64,000 bases of DNA from an uncultured Clostridia bacterium (lineage in GTDB: Bacteria > Bacillota > Clostridia > Christensenellales > Borkfalkiaceae), in assembly GCA_946055105.1 (NCBI GenBank), contig CAMGEK010000001.1:414-64413 (forward strand), in the 5' to 3' direction. The notes under the pieces were generated by a model, which was not told the DNA's origin, ran no database searches, and saw only the letters and a list, made by a program, of their open reading frames with translations. A program made the translations under genes and the position numbers. Numbering within the stretch: position 1 is the first letter of the stretch; every line of letters begins with the position of its first letter. Below are positions 56,657 through 64,000 of this stretch, piece after piece.

Positions 56657-59167
56657 ATGAGAAAACTATGGACGTTAGGAATCGGCGTCGTGGCGGCGGC
56701 ATGTTGCGTCGCGGGCGCGGTAGGTTGCGATTCGTCTCCGGAAAAAGAGGCTCAGACGGGCGTTCCGACCGAAATCGTCAACGGCGGGTTCGAGAGCGCC
56801 GATCTTTCGGGCTGGACGGTCGAGTACGGAACCGCGTTTTCCGACGACAGCGTGTCCTCGCAAAAGACGTTTGAGTATGCGGATGACGAAAAGCACAATC
56901 AGATCCCCGTGAACGCGACGGGGAATTGGTATCTGAGCGGAAAGGGCTTTGAAGGGAAGTTTTCGGTCGCCCGCACGGGCGCGATCCGTTCGTCTACGTT
57001 CCGCCTGACGGGAGACGGCGTGCTCAGCATGAAACTTGCGGGCGGCGCGCCCGTGGAGGAAAGGGGCGGAAAGCTCGTCAAGAAACCGACGGAGACGGTT
57101 TGTTACGTCGGCGTCTACCGCGCTTCGGACGACCGCCTGATCGCGCGGCAGACGAACGAATATTTCGTTAAACACACGGAATCGTACGTCATCGTGTCCA
57201 AGTACGAATCGGACGTCTATAACACGGACAATTTTTACAGATACGAGCTCGATCTCTCCGAGTATCTCGGCGAGGATCTGTATCTGCGCGTCGTGGATAA
57301 CGATCAGAGCAACTATTACGGTTATATCAGCGTAGACGATATTCGCACGAACGGCGACGCGGAGGCGCAGACGGAGGGCGCGTTCTTCACCAAAACGCGT
57401 TCCTACGTTCAGGACGCGGAGGCGCCGGAGAACGAACTTCCGAACGGCGGATTTGAAACGGGTTCTCTGGCGGGTTGGACGATTGTCAGCGGCGAGGCGT
57501 TCTCCCACGAGGGCGTCAACGCCGAAAGCGTGTGGTGGAACGAAAACATCACCTATTCCCGCGACGGAGACTATCATTACGGATTCTACAATCCGACCGC
57601 GGTCGGCGTCATGCGCTCGTCCGAGTTCGTGCTGGGCGGGTCGGGATATATCAGCTATAAGTTAGGCGGCTGTAAGGACAATGCAAAGACCTATCTCCGC
57701 TTTCTGTTGAAGACGGAAGAGGGCGACAGGGAGATCCTGCGCGCGTCCAACTATAAATTCCGCGATTTCCAATTCCCTTACGTGGCGAACGGCATGCGTC
57801 TTCTGAACATGGTGCAGTATTACGCCGATTTCTCGGCGTATCTCGGACAGACGCTCTATATCGAAGCGGTGGACGAGAACGCGAGCGCGGACGACCTCGG
57901 TTGCATGACGTTGGACAGTATTCAGACTTATTGGCAGGGCACGCCCTCGTGGAGCGATTTCCGCGCGGCGTACGAAGTGAAGTTCGACGCCGAAACGGAG
58001 ATCGTCAGCCCCTGTCAGGTTCTCAACGGGAACTTTGAAACGGGCGATCTGACGGGCTGGACGGCGAGCTGGACGGACGAGAACGACAGAATCGGTTACG
58101 TTTCCTCCGAATCCGTCTGGTGGGGAACGTTCTCCTATAACAAGGGCGGGAACTATCTGTTCACGGGCATCTCCGACGAGGGCAAGACGGGCACGCTGAC
58201 GAGTTCGGAATTCGAAGTCGGCGGCTGCGGATGGATGACGTTCCGTCTCGGCGGAGGCGGCGATCCCGCGAAGTGCTACGTTTCCGTGCTCGACGCGGAG
58301 ACGGGCGAAGAGCTTGCGCGCTATGCGAACGCGTATTTCTTCGATCCGGGATTCACCGATCTCGTCAATCGCGGCACGAATCTCGCGAACATGGTGCATT
58401 ACAGAGCGGATCTTTCGGCGTTTGTCGGACGGACGGTTCGGTTGCAGATCGTCGACAACGCGACGGGCGGCTGGGGGCTTGTCTGCGCGGACAGTTTCAG
58501 AACGTACTATCAGACGGAAGCGGCTTTGCCCGACGGAACGTATCTTGCCCGCAATATTCTGCCGCGGGAAACGCTCGGTGAGGGAAGCGAATATCAGGCG
58601 CTCAACGGGAACTTCGAGACGGGCGATCTGACGGGCTGGACGGCGACGGGAGACGCCTTTATCGGAATTTCTCACGAAGAAGTCTGGTGGAACGAATGGT
58701 ATTCGTTCAACAAAGAGGGAGAATATTTCCTGAGCGGCTGGGCGGGCAACGAGAGCGCGACGGGCACGCTTACAAGCTCGGAGTTCACGGTTGGCGGCTG
58801 CGGTTGGATCACCTTCCGTCTCGGCGGCGGGAAAGATACTTCGCTCTGCAACGTGAGTATCGTCGACGCGGAGACGGGCGAAACGCTCGCGATTTACGGC
58901 AATACGCTCTTCCGCGATCTGATCAAACCCGGGTGCTACTATTACGGCGGAAAGCCGATCGATCTTTCAAAGGACGGTTCGTATCTTGCGAACATGGCGC
59001 TCTATCGGGCGGATCTGTCGGCGTTCGCGGGCAGACGCGTGAAAATCGTTCTCACCGATCGGGCGACGGAAGATTGGGGCTTGCTGTTCGCGGACGAGTT
59101 TATCACCTATTACGCGACGGAGGCGGAAATTCCCGTCGGCGCGACGGTCGCGATCGATCTGAAATGA
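56657..59167 (+). CDS. lipoprotein made of four tandem beta-sandwich-like modules, no catalytic motif (candidate fructan-binding protein)
   Basis: It has the lipobox-like AVGC. The four repeats start at aa 42, 263, 457 and 650 (nt 56780, 57443, 58025, 58604). Each follows the pattern NG.FE(T/S)..L.GWT ... VWW ... G(T/V)(L/M).SS.F.(L/V)GG.G.(I/M).(F/Y).LGG ... Y.ADLS.(F/Y).G ... VD ... D.(F/I).T(Y/N). Confidence 0.8.
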   Translation: MRKLWTLGIGVVAAACCVAGAVGCDSSPEKEAQTGVPTEIVNGGFESADLSGWTVEYGTAFSDDSVSSQKTFEYADDEKHNQIPVNATGNWYLSGKGFEGKFSVARTGAIRSSTFRLTGDGVLSMKLAGGAPVEERGGKLVKKPTETVCYVGVYRASDDRLIARQTNEYFVKHTESYVIVSKYESDVYNTDNFYRYELDLSEYLGEDLYLRVVDNDQSNYYGYISVDDIRTNGDAEAQTEGAFFTKTRSYVQDAEAPENELPNGGFETGSLAGWTIVSGEAFSHEGVNAESVWWNENITYSRDGDYHYGFYNPTAVGVMRSSEFVLGGSGYISYKLGGCKDNAKTYLRFLLKTEEGDREILRASNYKFRDFQFPYVANGMRLLNMVQYYADFSAYLGQTLYIEAVDENASADDLGCMTLDSIQTYWQGTPSWSDFRAAYEVKFDAETEIVSPCQVLNGNFETGDLTGWTASWTDENDRIGYVSSESVWWGTFSYNKGGNYLFTGISDEGKTGTLTSSEFEVGGCGWMTFRLGGGGDPAKCYVSVLDAETGEELARYANAYFFDPGFTDLVNRGTNLANMVHYRADLSAFVGRTVRLQIVDNATGGWGLVCADSFRTYYQTEAALPDGTYLARNILPRETLGEGSEYQALNGNFETGDLTGWTATGDAFIGISHEEVWWNEWYSFNKEGEYFLSGWAGNESATGTLTSSEFTVGGCGWITFRLGGGKDTSLCNVSIVDAETGETLAIYGNTLFRDLIKPGCYYYGGKPIDLSKDGSYLANMALYRADLSAFAGRRVKIVLTDRATEDWGLLFADEFITYYATEAEIPVGATVAIDLK

Positions 59168-59216
59168 CCGTTCGGAGATAAGAAAGGAAAAACGTACGGA
59201 AAGGAAGTGATTGTTT

Positions 59217-60572
59217 ATGACGGAGACGGAAACGGAGAGAGTTCCGAAATTTCATATCACGGGGGAACGCGGTTGGATCAACGATCCCAACGGGCTCGCG
59301 TATTTTCGGGGAGAGTACCATGTGTTCTTTCAGTACTATCCCTACGCGACGCATTGGGGACCGATGCATTGGGGGCACGTCGCGAGCAAAGACCTGCGGC
59401 ATTGGCGGAGGCTTCCCGTCGCGCTCTTTCCCGATCAGCCTTGCGATCGGGACGGATGCTTTTCGGGCAGCGCGATCGTCTGGAACGATCGACTGTGGCT
59501 GCTCTATACGGGCTTTACCGAGAACGGCGGCGGGGAGAAGATCCGTCAGCTGCAATGTCTCGCTTCGAGCGAGGACGGCGAGCATTTCGTCAAACACGGA
59601 ATCGTAATCGGGGAAGAGGATCTGCCGAAGGAGTATTGCCCTTGGGATTTCCGCGATCCGAAAGTATGGAAACGCGACGACGGCTTTTATTGCGTCGTCG
59701 CCGCGCGCTATCGCGAAGGCAGAGGGCGCGTGTTGCTCTTCCGTTCGGACGATCTCATGAAATGGAAGTTCGTCGGCGATCTGTTCGGCGAGGACAGCCG
59801 CGGCACGATGACGGAGTGTCCCGATCTGCTCGAAGACGAGGGACTTTTGACGGTATGCGAGCAATTTCAGCCGCGCGAGGGCAAGACGCATCTGAACGTG
59901 CATTCCTCGCGTTGGTACACGGGCAGGTTCGACGGCGCGGTTGGTCGGTTTTATCCCGAAAAAGAGGGGATCGTCGATTACGGGTTTGATTTTTACGCCC
60001 AGCAGACGTTCTGCAACGCGCCCGTCATGATCGGCTGGCTGGATATGTGGGACAGAAACAACCCGTCCGCGCGGTACGGATTCGCGGGCATGCTGACCGT
60101 TCCCCGCAAGATCGGGGTGCGGAACGGCGAGCTTGTGCAGACGCCGATCGTCGACGGAAAGACGGTCGTGAGCGCGACGGCGGACGGAACACTGACCGAT
60201 CGGGCGACGACGGGAATTCTGCGTATCGCCGTCAAGGGCTTGAAGTCGTTCCGTCTCTCTCTGCGGAAGGGCGAAGGGTGCGAAACGACGCTCACGCTCG
60301 GCGACGGGGAATGGATCTTCGACCGTTCGCGGTCGGGCGAGCCGATCGCGGGCGTGGAAAAGGACGAGGACAGTCTGGCGGGAATCCGCCGCATGCCCCG
60401 TTCGGACGGAGGGGAGACGGAACTGACGGTCGTTCTGGATCGTTATTCCGTGGAGATCTTTATCGACGGAAAGGCGTTGTCGGCGGCGATCTATCCCCCT
60501 GCGGAAGCGGACGCAATCGAACTGTGCGCGACCGCGGACGAATGTCGGTACGAGCGGTCGGAAATAGAATAG
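59217..60572 (+). CDS. cytoplasmic GH32 beta-fructofuranosidase (sucrose-6-P hydrolase/exo-fructosidase type)
   Basis: It has no signal peptide. It has WINDPNG, FRDPKVW and ECPDL motifs. ATG 59217 follows the SD GAAAGGAAG, and TTG 59211 is the ORF-track start. Confidence 0.85.
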   Translation: MTETETERVPKFHITGERGWINDPNGLAYFRGEYHVFFQYYPYATHWGPMHWGHVASKDLRHWRRLPVALFPDQPCDRDGCFSGSAIVWNDRLWLLYTGFTENGGGEKIRQLQCLASSEDGEHFVKHGIVIGEEDLPKEYCPWDFRDPKVWKRDDGFYCVVAARYREGRGRVLLFRSDDLMKWKFVGDLFGEDSRGTMTECPDLLEDEGLLTVCEQFQPREGKTHLNVHSSRWYTGRFDGAVGRFYPEKEGIVDYGFDFYAQQTFCNAPVMIGWLDMWDRNNPSARYGFAGMLTVPRKIGVRNGELVQTPIVDGKTVVSATADGTLTDRATTGILRIAVKGLKSFRLSLRKGEGCETTLTLGDGEWIFDRSRSGEPIAGVEKDEDSLAGIRRMPRSDGGETELTVVLDRYSVEIFIDGKALSAAIYPPAEADAIELCATADECRYERSEIE

Positions 60573-60642
60573 AGATCAAAAAAGAATCGGAGCGCCGACT
60601 GCGGGCAAGCGGAACAAGGCGCTTGATATAAAGGAGGAATGT

Positions 60643-60798
60643 ATGAAAAAACAGGACAAACGGCAAGGGCGGCAACGTTACGAAGAACCGTGTTTGGCGA
60701 TCGTAACGGTGTCCTCGGACGATCTCATCCGCACGTCCGGGGGGTGGGATCTTCAAGACAAGAACGAAGAGGATTTCTTCGTCGGCGTCGGTTTTTGA
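60643..60798 (+). CDS. small hypothetical protein, 51 aa
   Basis: The SD AAGGAGG lies 5 nt upstream of the ATG. The product is MKKQDKRQGRQRYEEPCLAIVTVSSDDLIRTSGGWDLQDKNEEDFFVGVGF. It is below the ORF-track length cutoff. Confidence 0.4.
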   Translation: MKKQDKRQGRQRYEEPCLAIVTVSSDDLIRTSGGWDLQDKNEEDFFVGVGF

Positions 60799-60813
60799 CG
60801 AGAGGAGGTAAGG

Positions 60814-63507
60814 ATGATGATGGCAAAGAGAAAGATGACTTTAATGGCGTTATCCGTACTCGGCGCCGCCACGTTGACGGCGGGCGCAACGGCATGGAAC
60901 GCGCTTTCCGCAAATGCGGAAGACGTGTTGTTGGCGAACACGATGCCGTTTTCGATGGCGTACGGAGCGAGCGCGCGCGTCGGCGGAAGCGAAGCGTACA
61001 ACGGAATCCGCTTTGTCGCCGAGATCGCGAAAAGCGACTACGAGGCGCTGGAAGCGGACGCGGATTACGACGCGTCGTACGGCATGTTGATCGCGCCGCT
61101 CAGCTACGTTCAGGAAAACCCGTTTACCGTGGAGAACGTATTCGGCGCGTCTGCGGTCTATAATTGGGCGACCGTCGAAGACGACGGAACCGTAACGCCT
61201 CCCGCGGAAGAGATCGGGAAGAAGAGAATCTCCAATCTTGCTTACGACGAATTGCCCGCAGCGGGGGACGTTTACGAAATCAGAGGATCTCTGACGAAGA
61301 TCAGGGAAGAGAACCTTCTCGTGGAGTTCACGGGTCGCGCGTACGTGAAACTTACGCCGAAGAGCGGCGAGGGCGAGACGATCTACCGCATGGCGGACTA
61401 TGCGGAGGGAAGCTTGGAAAACAACGTACGCTCCGTCGTGTACGTTGCGCAGCGCGCCTGCGAAGATCCGTCCTCGAAACTGACCGAAACGCAGAAAGCG
61501 CAGCTCAAAGGCGACTATATCGACAAGGCGGTAGCGCAGAACCCGACGACGGAGTATACCGTTGAAACGTACGTCAAAGACGGAGATCAGAAAATACTGA
61601 TCAACCGCGAGACGAAAACGGGCACGCTCGGCGAAACGGTCGATTGTGCAACGCCGCAGGACGGCTTCACCGTTTCCGAGGAATCTACGGCGAGCGGTCA
61701 GGTGTACGCGAACGGCAGATTGAATCTTTCCGTCGTCTACGAATATACCGCCGCCGTCAGTGGTTACCGCGTGCAGAACGGCGGGTTTGAAACGGGCGAT
61801 CTCACGGGCTGGACGTTGACAAAGGGAGAAGACAAAATCGCCATCGGCGCGGTCAGCGGCGCGTCCAACTATTGGATAGACGATAATGAACGTGCGGAAG
61901 GGTATTCTTTCAGGAAAGACGGGGAATATCTGTTCAGCTGTTACGCGGTCGACGGCGGAGACGGCGCGGTCGGTACGTTGACGAGCGCTCCGTTCACGGT
62001 CGGCGGTTCGGGCTGGATCACGTTCAAGCTCGGCGGCGCGAAAAACAGCGATCAGGTCTGGATCGACGTCGTAAAAGCGAGCGACGGAAGCATACTCAGG
62101 CGTTTCGGCAACCCGAATTGGCAGGAGCGGACGGACGGCGTAAAGAGCGGCTGCACCATGAACGCCTATAAAGCGGATTTGTCGGAATATCGCGGCGAAA
62201 CGGTCTATCTCCGTCTCGTGGACTATGCGACGGGCGACTACGGTCTGATTTTCGCCGACAGTTTTGAAACGTATTACTTCGCAGAACCTTCGTCGGAGTT
62301 CTTCACTTCGGCGACGGACGTGACCGAAAGAGCCGAAACGGTTTACGATCTGTACAACGGCGGTTTCGAGAAATCCGATCTTCGCGGCTGGACGAAAGTC
62401 GGGAAGATCGGCGACGTCTCTGGCGATTCCACTTATTGGGGGGATATTTCTTTCAAGAAAGACGGAACGTACCTGTTCAGCGGCTATGCGGCGGGACAGG
62501 AGGAAAAAGCAAAGGGCTCTTTGACGAGTTCGCCGTTTATCGTCGGCGGAAGCGGTTGGGTGACCTTCAAGCTCGGCGCGGCGAAGAACAGCGCGGAAAT
62601 GTACGTCGACGTCGTGGATTACTATTCGGGCGAAGTGCTCAGGCGTTTCGGCAACCGCCTGTGGCAGGACAGAGACGCAGTCAGAGGCTGTACGATGATC
62701 GCGTATCAGGCGGATTTGTCCGCATATCTTGGCAGAACGGTTTATTTCAACCTCGTCGACAACGCGGAAAGCGATTACGGTCTGTTCTTCGCCGACAGTT
62801 TCGTCACCAATCATCCCGAAGCTCCTTCGTCGGCGGACTTTGCGATTGCGCTGGATACGCGGCTCAACGTCGTGAACGGCGGATTCGAGACGGACGATAT
62901 GAGCGGATGGACGAACAGCGGAGTCGGCTTTATGAACAGCGCGACGACGTATTGGGAAACAGATGCGAATTTCTTCGATCAGGACGGAAAGACCGTGCAA
63001 TACTTCTTGCAGGACGGCAACCGTTTCCTGATGACGAACGAAGGCGGAGACGCCGGAACCGGTACGGTCCGTTCTTCCACGTTCACGTTGGGAGGAGACG
63101 GCTGGATCAGCTTCAAATTTGGCGCGGCCGGAAATCAGGACTGTTACGTTCGGATTTGTCTGGATGACGGAACGGAAATTGCCAAAATTACGAACGACGC
63201 GTTTGCCGATCCTACGCTTGCAATGGTGCTGCTGCGCCGCTTTGTAAATCTCAGCGACTATATCGGGCAGAGTATGTACGTCGAATTGGTCGATAACGCT
63301 ACGTCAGGCTTCGGATTCCTGACGTTCGACGCCCTTGCGGTCAGCCTCACGAACGCGGAAGCGCAGGCGATGCTCGGTTACGATAAAGCGCAGTATGCGT
63401 CTTACCGTCAGGACGTGATCGATAGCGAAGTTTCGATGGGAGCAAGCGCCAAAGCTATCGTTACTGCGATCCAAGACTATTATAAGAATCTGACCTTGAC
63501 GGTCTGA
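60814..63507 (+). CDS. secreted protein with three copies of the same module as 56657-59167 plus a distinct ~320-aa N-terminal region
   Basis: It has a signal peptide (..ALSANA/ED). The modules start at aa 322, 515 and 688 (nt 61777, 62356, 62875), with the same NGGFETGDLTGWT ... GTLTS.PF.VGGSGW(I/V)TFKLG ... Y.ADLS.Y.G ... LVD ... ADSF pattern. I saw no anchor motif. Confidence 0.8.
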   Translation: MMMAKRKMTLMALSVLGAATLTAGATAWNALSANAEDVLLANTMPFSMAYGASARVGGSEAYNGIRFVAEIAKSDYEALEADADYDASYGMLIAPLSYVQENPFTVENVFGASAVYNWATVEDDGTVTPPAEEIGKKRISNLAYDELPAAGDVYEIRGSLTKIREENLLVEFTGRAYVKLTPKSGEGETIYRMADYAEGSLENNVRSVVYVAQRACEDPSSKLTETQKAQLKGDYIDKAVAQNPTTEYTVETYVKDGDQKILINRETKTGTLGETVDCATPQDGFTVSEESTASGQVYANGRLNLSVVYEYTAAVSGYRVQNGGFETGDLTGWTLTKGEDKIAIGAVSGASNYWIDDNERAEGYSFRKDGEYLFSCYAVDGGDGAVGTLTSAPFTVGGSGWITFKLGGAKNSDQVWIDVVKASDGSILRRFGNPNWQERTDGVKSGCTMNAYKADLSEYRGETVYLRLVDYATGDYGLIFADSFETYYFAEPSSEFFTSATDVTERAETVYDLYNGGFEKSDLRGWTKVGKIGDVSGDSTYWGDISFKKDGTYLFSGYAAGQEEKAKGSLTSSPFIVGGSGWVTFKLGAAKNSAEMYVDVVDYYSGEVLRRFGNRLWQDRDAVRGCTMIAYQADLSAYLGRTVYFNLVDNAESDYGLFFADSFVTNHPEAPSSADFAIALDTRLNVVNGGFETDDMSGWTNSGVGFMNSATTYWETDANFFDQDGKTVQYFLQDGNRFLMTNEGGDAGTGTVRSSTFTLGGDGWISFKFGAAGNQDCYVRICLDDGTEIAKITNDAFADPTLAMVLLRRFVNLSDYIGQSMYVELVDNATSGFGFLTFDALAVSLTNAEAQAMLGYDKAQYASYRQDVIDSEVSMGASAKAIVTAIQDYYKNLTLTV

Positions 63508-63524
63508 ATCGGAGAAGAGGAAAA

Positions 63525-64000
63525 AATGATACTTTGCGTAGGTGAAATTCTTGCGGATATGATCGGTTCGGAAAAAGGCGGGGTCTTTACGTACGAACGC
63601 AAGGCGGGCGGCGCGCCGTTCAACGTGGCGTGCGCCGCCAAGCGGTTCGGCGCGGAGAGCGCGTTCGCGGGGTGCGTCGGAGACGACGCGATCGGTCGGT
63701 TTCTCGAACGGTTCGCCGACGGGCGCGTTGACCGCTCCTATATCGTGCGCAGCGCCGAATGGAATACCACGTTGGCGTTCGTCGAACTCGATCAAAACGG
63801 CGAAAGGTCGTTCAGTTTCTATCGCAAGCATACGGCGGACTATCGTCTGCCCGAAATTCCCGAGGATCTGTTCGCGGCGGCGAATATCGTGCATATCGGT
63901 TCGCTCATGCTCAGCGAGCGTTGCGGCGAGGAATACGCGGAAAATCTCGCGCGCCGCGCGCGGAACGCGGGGAAGCTCGTCAGTTTCGACGTCAATTTCC
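63525..64000 (+). CDS. PfkB-family fructokinase, 3' end cut by the window edge
   Basis: It reads MILCVGEILADMIG..GGAPFNVA..FAGCVGDD.G. The frame is open to the window end. Confidence 0.8.

Overview
High-GC (about 60% by eye) chromosomal segment with Firmicutes/Clostridia-type signals: Shine-Dalgarno-led genes, repeated TTGACA-16/17-TGnTATAAT promoters, and a gerA-type spore germination operon. It is densely packed and mostly housekeeping. In order: 5'-truncated pyrC then pyrF-K-D-E; a Ca-type P-type ATPase; a polysaccharide deacetylase; galM; an unknown 531-aa membrane protein; a ZIP transporter; an SDR. Next comes a ZTP-riboswitch-led purine/one-carbon operon (purE-C-F-M-N, PurO-type IMP cyclohydrolase, AICAR-formyltransferase-only purH, purD, purL, fhs, mutY). 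Then GNAT, DegV, and tmk-rimM-trmD-rbgA-rnhB-yraN. A roughly 1-kb gene-free gap follows, holding a promoter-to-terminator unit (candidate ~490-nt RNA). Then gerAA-AB-AC (minus strand), a Wzz-like membrane protein, GIY-YIG, asparaginase, a PF06541-like membrane protein, an LbH protein, two tandem RimK-like ATP-grasp ligases, MarR, an Fe-alcohol-dehydrogenase deletion relic and an ALDH. From 46.1 kb to the window end lies an ~18-kb fructan utilisation locus with three GH32 enzymes, LacI, an ABC importer, fructokinase and two non-catalytic proteins built from 4 and 3 tandem copies of one ~165-220 aa module. I saw no rRNA, tRNA, transposase, integrase, cas or recognisable defence genes. The observations most worth follow-up are the multi-module proteins in the fructan locus, the orphan promoter-terminator RNA unit, a G9 tract inside a promoter spacer, and several intergenic repeat families. 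All protein family calls come from motif recognition by eye, with no database search.
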